64,000 nt of DNA from Lingula anatina (Eukaryota; Animalia; Brachiopoda), in assembly GCA_051362555.1 (NCBI GenBank), contig CM120642.1, positions 28,582,001 to 28,646,000 on the forward strand. The letters run 5' to 3'. Shown here one piece after another: positions 1 to 14,200 of this stretch. Position numbers and translations under genes: made by a program. Position 1 is the stretch's first letter. Every line of letters begins with the position of its first letter. Under the pieces are notes generated by a model, which was not told the DNA's origin, did not search any database, and saw only the letters and a list, made by a program, of their open reading frames with translations.

Positions 1-43
1 CAGAGAACGTGCAGCTTATTTTATACACACTTTATTATTGCAG

Positions 44-3000
44 AGTCTCTCAGAAAGCAAGTCTTTGGTGAATGACATGGAGACGACTCACTCCTCTGTT
101 GTGAGGTGTTCCTCCATGAGGGAAAGAAGAGATGTGTTCCGCCTGAGGTTCCAGAGGTTCGGTACCATAGATACAGGATACGGAGAGGAACGCCAGTTTG
201 CAGGTGGGTAAAGGCATACCTTTGTCTCCAAGTAACTTTTGTCGTGTTGTGAAAGTTTTTCCTAGTAGACATCTGACACCTAAGATGACAGAGTTTATGG
301 TAATGACATGATCTTTTATTTTGGAAAATAGTGAATTTTACGGATACTGTATTTTTTAAAGTCATGAATTCTTCAAATTAGAACATTGCTATTTAGTGGT
401 GGCAAAGATCAAAAGGCAGGCTACTTTATGGCTTTATTATTCTAAACAGTAAAACCACCACAAATGCAAATACAATTTGACATTGCATCGGCAAACATGT
501 CTCAGGCTAGTGTTTTTAATTTCTTTCATCAAAACACTAATTTCTTTCATCACATTTCATAATTTTTATCCTCAAGTGAATGTTATATGCTAACAGCACT
601 TCTGATTTTAATACTATTACATATGAACTATTATAAAGCTGATATAAGAGAAAAAGCACTCAGATTAGTACCCGTATGCTACTATACATTACTAGGTACT
701 GTAATTGCTGAAGCCCTCATCTTCACTTCCTTAGTAATGTTTTAAGATTGGGTATGCACTTACAGTGGGCTGTATTTCAATCTACCAGCATAAAACAAGA
801 GAAGGGTTAGAGGATCTATGGTCTCCTTTTGGTCTCTGATGTAGATGTCTCTGTTCACAAGGCAGTCTACAGCCAGCTGACATGCCTCAACTCGGTGTAG
901 AACTGATTTATTACAATGAATATACTGCTGCAGCATGAAGTTGTATATGTGATCGATTTGTTAGGCTTGAGAAAAATGCTGAAACTATACAGAAATATTT
1001 TATAACCATTCTTCTGAAATTAGTTAATACTGTTCAGCTTAGAAACAATTTTATTTGTTTCAGTGCCACCATTATTGTCCCCAGATGCACACAGCTTGAC
1101 TGCGCCATCATTTCAGCTGACTTCTTCAGCATCGTCTGCTTCTAGAAAATGGAGCAGCGGAGCCAGTGGGGAGAGTGACGATGCTTTTCTGCACACAGAG
1201 GATGCTGGGATAGCTAGAGAGGGCAGGCATAGGCAAGGGAGCGAGAGAAGGTATAAGCAGTAGTAAACACTTTGATTTTTGTTGCTGTGTCAAAGTTTTA
1301 TTTTTTCTGCTTTATCAATTTTTCAGTATGGCAACATTTAACAATTAAATAATGTTTTTTATTTTTTGAAATGATATTTTTTGGAATGGATTTCTGCCTT
1401 TTGACAGAATGAGATATTTTTGGACATCTCTAAAAATTGTATTTTGCATACAGGTACGCAGTGTATTTAAAGCTGGCCTAAAACAAAAGATAAAGATAAA
1501 GATAATCTTTTAAGATTTATTTAGCCAATGAATATATAAGCTATACAACATCGGGAATGATTTGCCTTCTAAATTTTAAACTGTGAGTTTTGTGATGAAT
1601 GAACAAAAGTTGCACATGAAAAGGAGTTATACAGGGGTCTGGTTATATGCAAGTTGGCAACATATTTATACACAACCTGATGGAATTAACTCTACCAGTT
1701 AACATTTCAGTGCCAGTGGTTCCAGCGACTCTGCCATTGACTCAGACAGACGAGTGACGGAGCTGGAGAGAGAGCTGATGTAGGTACCTTTATGTCTTTG
1801 TGATTCAGTTTAATCAACTCTGGGGTATTGATTTTATTTTATTTTATTAAAGAAGTGTGAATGCTTTATATTGGGTTGATTCATGGAATGAAAACAAGTC
1901 TTAGCACAATTTTTATATTACAACCTTTGAACATGATTTATATATTTCTGTTTTGCAATTTTTAAATGTTGGAATAGTCCTTGCAGTATCTTAAAGTCAC
2001 AGATTAACAATATGCATTGTATAACAGGAAGGTCAAGGCAGAGCTTGCCTGTTCCTTAAACCAGGAGAGCAAGCTGAGGGAGGCACTGGAGAGGAAAGAC
2101 GCTGCCAGACTGGAAGTTGTGCAAGAGGTGACTGCTGACAATGAGAAGGGGAAGAGGTAAATCTTTTATAGATCAAAAGTGTTAATTGTTGTGAGGAAAT
2201 AGAAAGAGATACACTGCAGACATTAATTTAAAAAAAAGGAGATACTATTGAGCTGCCTGTCATGCCTAGAGTTAGGTTTTACGTTCTCAAAGATGAACAA
2301 ATAGTGGATTTTCCCACCTGTAGAGAGAGGAAAATTAAAATTGGTGTAGAGATATGTATGCACATAAAATAAGGCACTTAATATGAACCTGTATTTTTGA
2401 AAAATGGGAAGTCATTATATGGTAATAACTGTACCTTAGAAGGCAGTAAAATAGATGAACTGTATTGAATGTTCGAAAAATATAAATCATTGAAAAATTA
2501 ACCAGACATGTTTTTCTACATATAAGGTTTTATCATACCTGCATCAAACTGCCTGGATCGCACGACTGGCTCTTATCTCTTTTTTCTGTCATTAAACAAG
2601 AGATATTAAAAAACCCGTCACACCTCTGAGCTCATACCAAAAGTTGTTAACAGCATGCTTCCTCTTTATCTGCAGTTCTAAGCCTGATGCCAAGCTCCAG
2701 GAGAAGACAAGGGTGTTGCAGAACCAGAACCGGTTTCTGAACGAGGAGGTAAAAAAACTGGGGAACCTCAGGCAGCTTGAGAGGGAGAAATTTCAGGACC
2801 AGGAGAAGTAAGTGACAAATTGTTCTTAATTTTTTTGTTAAACAGAACACTAGAGAGGGGGGCCTTTCAGGAAAATGGTCTTAAATGAATGGTGGGCAGC
2901 ATTTGATTTCCAGAAATTTATGGATCAGTAATATATGTTATCACATGGTATGCATTATGTAAAATATCTAAATTTGTCTAAAACTTTTTGTCAATTTATT

Positions 3001-6000
3001 TTGTAATCTTTATTGTATTTTTTTACATAATTTAATATATTTTCCTTATTTTCTGATCCTTCAGAAAAATCCACTGCCTTGAGGCAGAGATAGACCAATG
3101 GAAGAGGGACTATTTGTTTGTGCTCCAGTCTACCATTAGGATGCCTGACGGGGACTTGGTGGAGGAATATGAAGTAAAACTGTATGGAGGAGACAGGGTG
3201 AGTTAGTTATTATCATTGATAAAAATGATATATTGGAAATCTTTCATATTTTAAGGGGGTCCCATGGGGGGGGGGTAATGATCACAGTTCACGGGAAATA
3301 AAGCCCTTAAATCACAAATCACATCAAGCAAAACTTTAGTCATATCTCATTGAAAATGTGAGTCTTGTGAATTGTAAATCAAGAATCCCCAAGTATAAAG
3401 ACTTTGTTTTACGAAGGACACAGAATAAAAAGCCACATTTATGAGGCATGGAAATGGGGTGCTTCATGGAACACCCTAAATAATTTCAGCATTCCACACA
3501 TCTAAGACCCTTTTTTACACTATTTGTGATGTTCAGTGATCACCATTGTGTCAATTTTTTGTTTTATAGATGTTTCATTTATATTTTTATCACTCTGTTT
3601 TGTTTTTTAACCAGCATCAAGTGAGACTGAGGCAGTTGCTGGATGAGGCACATAAATCTAATCCCAGTCTGCCCTCTTATGACAGGTAGAGTTAGTTATC
3701 AAACATTTTATGAAAGTGGCACTTGCTTTCATCTCATAATCTTTTTAGCTTTTTTCCCCTCTCTCTCTATCTCACACATACACTCAAGCATGCACTCAAA
3801 CACACACACTCACACACACACACGCACTCACACACACACACGCACGCAGGCCCACACACACATTTCTCAGCCTGGGTCCAGAATGCTTCAGAATGCTTCA
3901 TATATTAACACAACTTCAATTACAGTGACAGTGGAAGGAGTAGTCTTGCTGTCTATGGTGGTCCCGGCATTGGCACACTGCCCTCTATATTGAATAAAGT
4001 GAGACAAAAGTGGCTGCAGTACTGCGGATGGGTTTCTTCAAGATAGATTGGCCCAACTTTGCTGACAGCACTTCTGATATCTTTATAACATTATTAGCTG
4101 TAGATAGTTAATCTCCACTAGTTGATCTCCCTCAGTTTATCTCCCACAGCTGTGGATGACACATGTCTCAACTTTTCATAGCTCCCAGGTCCGTATCTCA
4201 AGTCAATCCAATTTACACATTTATTTTAGGGTTAGCATCTCAATACAGCCCTATAGCACAATGTTAAAAAAAACACAACTCTGGGGACTGTATCTCAACA
4301 AACCCAATCTAATTAACACAGTTCTTGAGACCTTATCTCAACTAACACAATGTTATCAACACAGCTAACTCTGGGATTGTGTCTCCGCTAACACAATGTA
4401 AAAAGCCTTTGCCAAAGCATGTTATCTAACTAGCAGGGTAATTAACACATCTATATAGGCTTAACCTCAACTCAGCTATGGGAATGCTATATAAAATAAT
4501 ACAATGGGATCCACAAACTAAGCTCTGTGATTGTATGCCAACACAATGTTACCCAGTTAACTCTATAACTGTATATCAGCACTAACACAGTGTTATCCAC
4601 ACAATTAACACTGTGATCCTACGTGAACTAGCAAACTTTTATCCACACTGTTAACTGTATGTCAACTAACATTGTAATCCCCCTGTAATCCCCCAGGCTC
4701 CAAGAAGGCGAGGCCCACATAGACAGCTACGGTTTTAAGCAGAGACCAGAAAACGACAGTCTCATCCAGCACTTTGTGTGCACGCAGCTGTACCAGCACT
4801 ACTGCCACCAGTTACAGTCTTATGAACAGCACCAGCAGGCCTGGAGGGACTACCTTAAGCTGCACAGACACAGCCTGACCAAAACTGTGAGTGGGACAGT
4901 TTGAATGTGGTAGATGTGCTTGGTTGTGTCGAAAAAGCATTGTGTTAGAATTCCATTTGTTGTTGGGATAAGTCTCATCCTTTAACCAGTCATAACATTA
5001 AGGTGTATGGCACAATTAAGTTAACTCTGGATTTTTGCAGCTAAGCAATATTTTATTAATTAAACTTTTGTTTGACGCATTAGACAATTGAACAAAATAT
5101 ATCAATCTTTCTTGTAATCTGAATAATTAGTTGTCTCCTGTTAAAATTATTCATAAATGGAAAAATTAAAAACCCTCTGTTAAGCTTAATGTATAAATTT
5201 AATTCAGTTTTACTAAATCAAATTGAACAAAGCTGTCAATGATCATTCATATATAGTACATCTATGTGTTTTCAGAAAGAGTTGAAGACCCTGTGTAGGG
5301 CAGGTATTCCTCCCCAGCACAGAGCCGAGGTGTGGACTCAGCTAATATATAACCAGGTGCAGGACCTGGTCAAGACCAAGGGACCCCATTATTACCAGAA
5401 TGTCTGTAATATGATGCCAGATTCTGTGGTCAGTATGAACATGCATGCAAGCACGCACGCATGCATGCATGCACGCACGCACACACGCACACACACACAC
5501 ACACACACAATTCAGGTATGCCTGCACGTATGCACTGTGCATGGATACAGGAATGAAGTTCATGGCATTGAAAAAGCAAATGATTTTGGATTTGTTTGTA
5601 AAGTAAATGGTTAATCATCATAAAATTGTCTTTGTGTAAAATGTAAGAAATCATTGATGTTAGCAGAAAGTAGGAATAGTATGATAAAATATTAGGAGTT
5701 AAACAATGTATTGTATTTTGATATTCCTTGTCAACATGCAGACTTTTGTCATCATTTTTTTTTTTGGTTTATATTATATTGAATACTGTTATGTATAGTA
5801 TGGCCATTGTCATATTTCAGAATGCTAACAGGTACCTACGACAAATATCTCTGGATTTAATGAGGACAATGCCCAACAACATCCACTTCAGCAGTCCCAC
5901 ATCAGATGGGGTATGTCACTTGCACACCATTCTACATACACTATTTCTTATTTCTGAATATAAGATTAACATGGGTATTATTTTTATTTCCCAATGAGAA

Positions 6001-9000
6001 AGATGTATTTTTGTGTGTGGTCAACCTTTTAATATCTTTTAATTTATCAACTTGTATAGAAACCCTTTCAGTAAGTTAATTTTCACCCTGCAAAGTTAGT
6101 TTTATTGAAATTAACTGTACAAACAGATTTATCTTTAGAACAAACATCATGTTTTTTGTATGGAAATAAGAAGTAAACCCCATTTTATGTAATATTTTCA
6201 GATAAAGAAGATGCGGGAGGTGCTCCAAGCCTTCTGCGTCCACAATCCTCAGCTAGGGTATTGCCAGGGGATGAATTTCATTGTTGGGATGGCTCTTCTG
6301 TTTATGGAGGCCGAAGATGCTTTCTGGTACGTTTTAAACAGTTCTGGATAGAAAAATGAACTCCGCATAGTTATTGCCGTTTTTATCACCTGTTGCAAAG
6401 GAAACTTCTTTTATATTGTTGTATGTTATTGTTAACATTGACAGAGAAGCATTTTGTGGAGTTTTAACTTCAGTGAAATATTATATAGTGACAATTATCA
6501 TAGCACTTTGCCAGGGTGAACAATACCATTCCTTGTATTTATTACTGTGTGGAGTGTGCAAATGTTTGTTTGGAATTGTAGTCCATGATATACCAGTATG
6601 TGGAAAATTACTATTCTCACTTTGACTAAAATAAAATGGCATAAACTTGAACTCAACATCCTTTCTCAATCCTAGGACCCTGGTGGCCATCACAGAGAAG
6701 TACTTCAGTCCAAACTACTTTGACCACAATTTAGTGGGGGCCCAGGCAGACCAAGAGGTGCTGAAGGAGTTCCTGAGAGAGAAGCTACCCCAACTGTGGC
6801 AACACCTGGAGGAGCTGGACATAGAGATCAGTACTGTGACCCTCAACTGGTTCCTACCTATCTTCTTTGATGCTGTGCCTTTTGAGGTATGGTATTATAA
6901 ACCCATGATTGAAAGCCAAACCCCTACTTCCCTTAAAGTTTTCTTTAAAGAGACAGGGTGCCTTTTGAGGTATGGTTTACAGAATATTGAAAACAAATTC
7001 CCCACTTCCTTTTCCTTTAAAGAGATAGGTGTTGATTTATTTGAGAAAAAAAGTTGTACAAATTGTTTTCACTCTTTTGATATATGCCCCTTTCCTCTTC
7101 AAGACATTTGATCCTTTATTTAAAGGATTTTTAAGTGATAAGGAAGGCGGTGTAGTAGTTTGTGCCTATTGAAGTGACAGTAATATTTTAGAAGTAGCAT
7201 CCAAGTGGCTGGTTTTACAGGAAGTTAATGAAATGAGAAGACTTGTTGTTACTCTGTGAAATATTGGCAGTAAAGACACATTGCCCACATGTGTTCAGAT
7301 CACAGTTATCATTCCCATCAAAAACAATATGCCCACTTTCTATATATACATACATTTTATTTCATAGAAATGTAATAAACGGACGGCAGTTGTCTAGTCA
7401 ATCTTGATACCATTTACTGATATACTTATATATAGTACACCAGTAGCACTTGTTATTTTCACTTTAATTAAAGGATTATGACCTGTGTCATTAGCCCATG
7501 TAAATTATTAGAGGTGTGGTTTACTACATCACAGCTGCTCCAAGGTTACTACTATCTAACTACAAAGTCACTCATGTACAGAAGTATTGGCAAAACTGTG
7601 GCACTTAATTCATTCACACAACAAGTTCTAAGCTACAAGACTTTGACAAAATAAAAAGATGCACATAGTGCATTATGTAATACATTCAAATGAACTCAAC
7701 ATACAGAATATTGGCAAATTTTGTGGCAGTCTATCCTTCACTTCTTTCAGTACAGATCATGGACAAAAATACTCACACGGACAAAATGAAAAATAAAGTT
7801 CTGACACAATACCATTATCAACTAACATCACCAGATATTGAGGACCGTAAGGGTCGGACTTTCATGTTCACTCTTTTCACTTCCATCCACTCATCTCTCT
7901 CGTGATTAAACCACACAATCCCTATGCTATATCTCCCGTTAAGGTTGCTATAGTGACAGTGTTTGTACCACCAGCCAGATGTGTAAAACTTGGCGCAGTG
8001 GGTGCTGCTGGCGTCATTGTCTCTGTCCAGTGAGCTGAACGCCATGTTGTTGGAGTACGAGAGTGAGTCTGATGCATTGCCATGGTAACCTCCAACATGG
8101 AGGGCATATTTGTTACTCTCGTTGTCAACTTTGAAATAGTCATATTGGGCATACCAGTAATTACTATATATATCCCACATTTCTATAAGCAAAGTATAAT
8201 TAGTTTGGGATGTTAAAAAGTGCAAGTTTTCATTTCCAATCCAGAATTCTCCTTGCTCGTCCCCAAACCCTGCCTTGTATTCCTTCCATGGCCGACCAAA
8301 CTCCACAGATCCATCAAGGCGTCTTTGGATGAATGTCCATCCGCCATTTTTGTCCATTTCACAAAATACGCGCAGAGACTCTCGACTCCTCACAGGTTTG
8401 ATGAGGTGAATACCCGTCAGCTGGTTACCATTGTAGTTCTTTTCCTGGCAGTCTAAAAAGACATAAGACATCAAAATTTAGTGGGTATTAATGACTGTTG
8501 AGATGTTTTTACATGGTTTGCATACACATGGTCAAACTGAGTTGTTAGAGATATTAAAACAGAAACACATTCTTTATTGGCATCAAAATCATTAGAATAT
8601 TTTGTCAGAACATTTAATGTACTACATGTATTATTATTATTATTATTATAATTATTTAGTAACTTACCAGTGGGTAAATCCATAACAAAATTATTGACCT
8701 CTTTCTGGACATGTAACAACATAGGAAGCTGACTCGTGATGTTATCTGCTTGGACCACTAATTCATCAATTACAGTGCTCTTCGCAGAGAATTCCTTATA
8801 CACACGCTGCAGGTTGTTCTGAACACGTTTCACATTGTCTTCAACATCTTCTATTTTGTTATTGGTCTCTGAGAGCTCCCTCTCAAGTTCTATCAGTTTT
8901 GACTCCTGCAGCCAATCCCTGTTGGATTTCTGACACGAAATAAGAGATGCGTTGAGGACTTTGACCTCTACGTGAGCGAGGCGATCGTGAATTGAGTTGT

Positions 9001-11143
9001 ACTGGTTACGAAGTGTGTGAAAGTCTTCTCCTATCTCAGATATGGCGTTACTGGCCTGACTGTTCATGTATTGCAGCTTGTGTTTTATTTCTTTGAAGTC
9101 GAAACCAACAACGTCTATTTGGCTGCGAAGGTAGTTGTATTTCTGTGTGCTCTCGTAATTCATCTCTGTGAAGAGAGTTTTCATGGATTCTCCCTCCTCA
9201 CTGTTCTGCTGAATGAGTTGGAGGAGATTCTCCAGTTGCTTTTTACTTTCCACGCTAATGTTAACAAAGGCTTTCTTATTATATTGCCATTGTTGACTGA
9301 TGTTATTGACTTTTCCCTTCAGCTGCTTCAGCTCATCTTGGACAGCTTCCACCTTGTTGTCATTTTCCACACTATTCTTAACTTTGGTAAGCTGCAGGGT
9401 GACATTGTTGATCAGTTCCTCTAGTTTTAATAGACTGCTATCTTGTTGCTGTACATGTTTGTGCATTCCTGTAACTTCCTCCTTTATTGTTCTCTCATAT
9501 TGGGTGAGGTGGTGAATTTTGTTGTCTATTGTATTTTCTTTTTCTTCCAATTTTGACAAAATGGCATCCAGAGGAGAAATGTCTCCTGATCCTTCTTCCT
9601 CTGGCGCATACCTCACATTCGCTATCACATTTAACCTGTCACTGCCTGAGAAGGATGGTTTATATACAGAGTAGGGGAATGAAGGGTTGCTGGATGATGA
9701 CGAAGTTGAAGATGGTAATGTTGTTGATGCTGTTGTTGTTGTTGTAGGTGGCAGTGATGATGAGGTTACAACAGTCGTAGTTTTGTCTTCTTCTTTTTCT
9801 TCTGTTTCGTATATAAAACTTTGCAGTCCAGTCTGAAGCTGTTTAAGGATAGTTTTATCCTTTATAACCCCAGTTCTAAGATCTCTCATGTCTTTCTCCA
9901 ACAAACTCAACCTCTTATTAATCCTGTGTGCATTTTGGGTGTTGTTGGACTGCACTTCCTGTGCCACGTTGTCAACTCTATCGCGTATCGTTGTCAGGTT
10001 TCCAAAGAGGTACGTCTGTTGGTTTTTAAGGTCCATGATTCCCCAGCCCTGGTTGGCCGACTGCTTGGTCAGTTCTTCCAAACTGTCTTTATTCTCCCCG
10101 CGAAGGTTCTCCAGAGCGATCACCTTAGTTCTCAACATCACAATCTCTCTTGCCTGAGCAGCCACTGCAGATTCTAGTCCTGCCAGCACTGTCCTGAAAT
10201 GTGACAGTAATATAAACAAATTTAATATGTAATGAAATTGCTAATTCAAGTGACAATATCTGATTGTGAGTGAAAGCCGTGTTAAGTAGCCAAGAAAACT
10301 AAATGCATGAAATGGTTGGAATATTTTGAAAAGAAAATTGCCATTAATTATATTGTGACATATTACTAAGACTGACAGTAGAGCATTTAAGCTAACTATT
10401 TTTGGACTTTTTTAGTTTTGCCTAAAATGCACAGTTTGTAACTTTAAATGTTTATTCAAATTTGAGTGTGTTGGGATATGACTGGCTTCTCTAACGAAAT
10501 ATGTTTATCAACATTCAAAAGGACGATATAACTCATGTCCTATCCTTTGCTATTTTGACTTTCCTCTGTAAAAAAACAATGTCAAACAGTTAATGTTGTC
10601 ATATAAAAAATACTCAGTGAAAAAATGTTTTTACAACAAATATCTCTTAAATTCAAACAAAGAGCACCTGGTTTAGTGGCGAAAAATACACACCAAATCC
10701 AGTTGGTCACATCACAGGACAAGTGGTATTAATCTTCTTATGAGAACAGAATTGCACTATGATTTGGTTTAAAACTGCTATGATTTAGTGTAAAACTGCC
10801 TGGGGCATGTATTTTGCTGTATTTAGAACTGGAAAGCAGCCACACATACTAAACCCCTTTTTCACATCCTGCCTTATGTGACGTGCAGTAAACTTAACTG
10901 GACTGGTCTTTTTTTGAGAGATTGACAACTTTAAATCGCCTGGCTATTGTATATATAAAAGAGTCACCGAAACAACATTCTGTTAATGCTCGGTTAATTT
11001 GCATTTCATTTTTTTTTTCTTAAAAGTAGCATTATTTTCCTTTTCTATATCTTTTGTGTAACTTATTTTATGTATTCTCAAAATGAAAAAAAAATGTTAG
11101 GAGTTTCCCTAACATATAAAAGTATAAACCCAAGTTTAAAAAA

Positions 11144-11211
<68 letters not shown>

Positions 11212-14200
11212 TTTTTTTAACTTGGGTTTATACTTTTAAAATTTCATGATTCTTTAGAACATGCACAAGATTTTGAGAAAAGCAGTCAATTTTTGATCGA
11301 TTGAATGGAAATGAAGCAACATTTTACAAATAATTAGAATAGCCAGGATAGCATAGCTCAGGATTTAAGCTTTTAATCATAAAGGTGAATAGGGAATACT
11401 GGGACATGTTTTTATAACTTGAAAATAGGGAAATTGTGAAATTGAAAAAATTCAGAATTTAATTTAATAGAGTATTTCTCACATACAATTGGAGTGACAA
11501 CACTATTGTTCCCTTTAAACTGGTTAAAAATTAAATTTCTGTCCATAAAGTCATTACATAAGAAGAAAAGTGTGCATGTGTGAAAAATAAATAAAACAAT
11601 GGAACTTCTTTATTGCTTTATTGAATGAGGTGAGAAAAAATTGGCTGTCGCACTCTGGTTTACAGATACACAAAGCTGACTACTTCAATATGGTCAGTTT
11701 TTTAGCAGTGTTACTGTAGCTGGATTAGATTTGAGGGGTCAGTGAACAGTTAAAGTGCTCTGTCGCAGAAGAAAGCGCAGCATGGGAGAGAGCCGTGCTA
11801 ATCCACCACTTCATGTCAACCATTAGCAAAAAAGATTTTGAAGAATTTTTTTCTGATACTGACACAAATGGTAATGATGGGAGTTGTGCGAAGTGCTCCC
11901 ATAAACTATTTATAACACTCGTCTCCATCTCATTTATGTTTGGGTTTGCAGACAATTTTACCTCATTTAAACTAATTTAAATAGGGTATAAAAGTTCAAA
12001 TTTAAATTGAATTTTCTTCTCTATTGTGCCCCAGTTGGCATTTGAAATACATAAATGTTCATAGCATAATGTCTACAAATATGAGGCATATGTTACAAAG
12101 GTCAAACTTTTCTGAAAGAGGTTTTATTTCGTTAATGCTATGGATCCAATGTGCAAGATGATGAAATATTAAATTTAAGTTCTAAAGGATGCAAGTGATA
12201 TAACTGACCTGCATAGCACAACTAGAAGTTTGTGGAACTTGAAGTATGTACAATGGTTTATTTGAAGGATTTGTGAAGTTTGGTATGCAAAATAACCTTT
12301 GAAGTTTTGTTTTAATGACAGTTACAGCATTAAAAATTACTCTTTTTTTTTGTACAATCAATAGTTTTCTGTGTTGATGCTATGTTGATATTGGCCTGTC
12401 AATTAGAATGTTGAAACGACATGGCAAATCCAAAAAATAACTCTTTGATGAAAACCTGGTTTTACACTTAACAAGAAATAATATTTACAGATTTTCGTAT
12501 TTTTTCAGGAAGAACCACACCCATTAAATATTTTCACTTCACCTGTCTTGTTTCCGTACACCTCAGAAGAGATGTAAATTATGGTTTGTAATTAGGTTTG
12601 GTTTTTCTAGCCACATGCCATGTTTGTTTGTGGCGACCTCTAGTGGCCTCCCAGAGGGGAGCAATCAGGACCACATGATAGAGAGACCACCAAGTGGAGA
12701 AAACTGTTTTCATTCAGTAAATTCCCTAGTCTGTCTGGTGCAGGAGGTTAGTTACAAGCTTCATTTCCTGATGACATTCACCAACAATTATGAAAATATT
12801 GGTTTCAGGTTGTTTTAACTAACCACACGGCAAAGACTGTATGTGCATGAACGTGTGTATATTATAATTAACAGCAGAGAAAACTGGAGACCAGATGAGA
12901 GTTTAATTTGGAAATTATTTCCATTAAAAACCACAATATTATTTTCTTATCACCTCACTATTAAACCAATGGGTAGCTTTTGATTTAACAAAATAACTTA
13001 TATACTGGTTTGTCTATACCTAAGGTAGCCATTGCAGCAAAAATATAGCCAATGAAATGAGAGATAACAAATAAAAGGTGCTGCGTGTGGGTGATAATTA
13101 TAGCTCAACCACAACTCTGTAGTTCAATAAATCTTTATAGAGAGCAAGTGTAATATTTAATTATGTTTAAACAAGAGCTCTGGTGTTTTCTTTTACTTCT
13201 TTGTCTATGTAAGAAATGAAGACATTACAGACAATTTGGTCAAATTTAACAAGTATATTACATGTACAGGTACTTATCGGCATTATATTAAGGGCTACTT
13301 GTAGACACAGAATGTTGCCAGAGTGCATTAATCTGTAATTGGTAGTCATATTGTCTATACATTTCAAGGGCAATAGAGCTAACAAAGGGCCCCTCTACAG
13401 CATTTCCAGGAGTAATATTCCTCATATTTTCTTAATTTTAGACAGATGTTAACTGGATTAATTCAAGGAACTCAAATTTCATGTTTCACTTCAGATCTGG
13501 TCGGGCTTCACAGGGCTGACCACTGCCATATGAATAAAAAATGAGGGCTTTGATGTTGAAATTCAAGATACTATCACTGAAGTGTTTCTCTTTAAAGTTA
13601 TTTTTTATTCTAGATGTCTAACAATGGTGCACTGTACTTACATGAGTTTTAATGTTACAATGTAGCTAGCCAAATTTTGTTTTAGCACCTGGCTATAGCA
13701 TGCTCCGTCTTGAAATTAATGAATGAAGACAAAACAATATTTTTATTGTGATATTTCAGGAAAAAATAATTTCTGTTTGTTAATTTGTTGATCTAAGCAG
13801 TATCTTTCAAGAGATTATTTGTATGGAGCTGATGAAAGAAGAGTGAAGCCATTGAAACCCAGCAAGAATCCTTGCTTGATTTCATTCACAGGTCAGATAT
13901 TGATCAGACATAGAAGCCAGATTTACAAACAAGTCTTCATTTCCCTTAACTGATATAGACAGAGGCAATCTTAGACTGTCTTTAATCTTGCTGACAAACA
14001 TCTACATGATGATTGATGACTCTTCAACAATTGCTGATTTTTTTTCATTTAAATAAAAAAGTGATAAATTAAAACCCTTTAAAAGCTTTTGGCCTGGGTC
14101 TTATTAAAAGAGTTGTAGATGTTAGGTTAAAAGGCATCAAGTGCTTTATACTGTTACTTGGCCTTTTTTGCTATGCATTGTTATGACTATCAATTTAGAC

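Noticed and set aside
3643-3993. His/Thr-rich or Val/Cys-rich ORFs here and at 5342-5654, 14481-14796, 48253-48463 and 58767-59115
   Set aside because: These are translations of (CA)n, (TG)n and (TA)n microsatellites.
8471-10219. 582-aa and 218-aa (7818-8474) ORFs as two separate overlapping genes
   Set aside because: Splice sites at 8668 and 8452 join them in phase; the ORF extensions are intron read-through.
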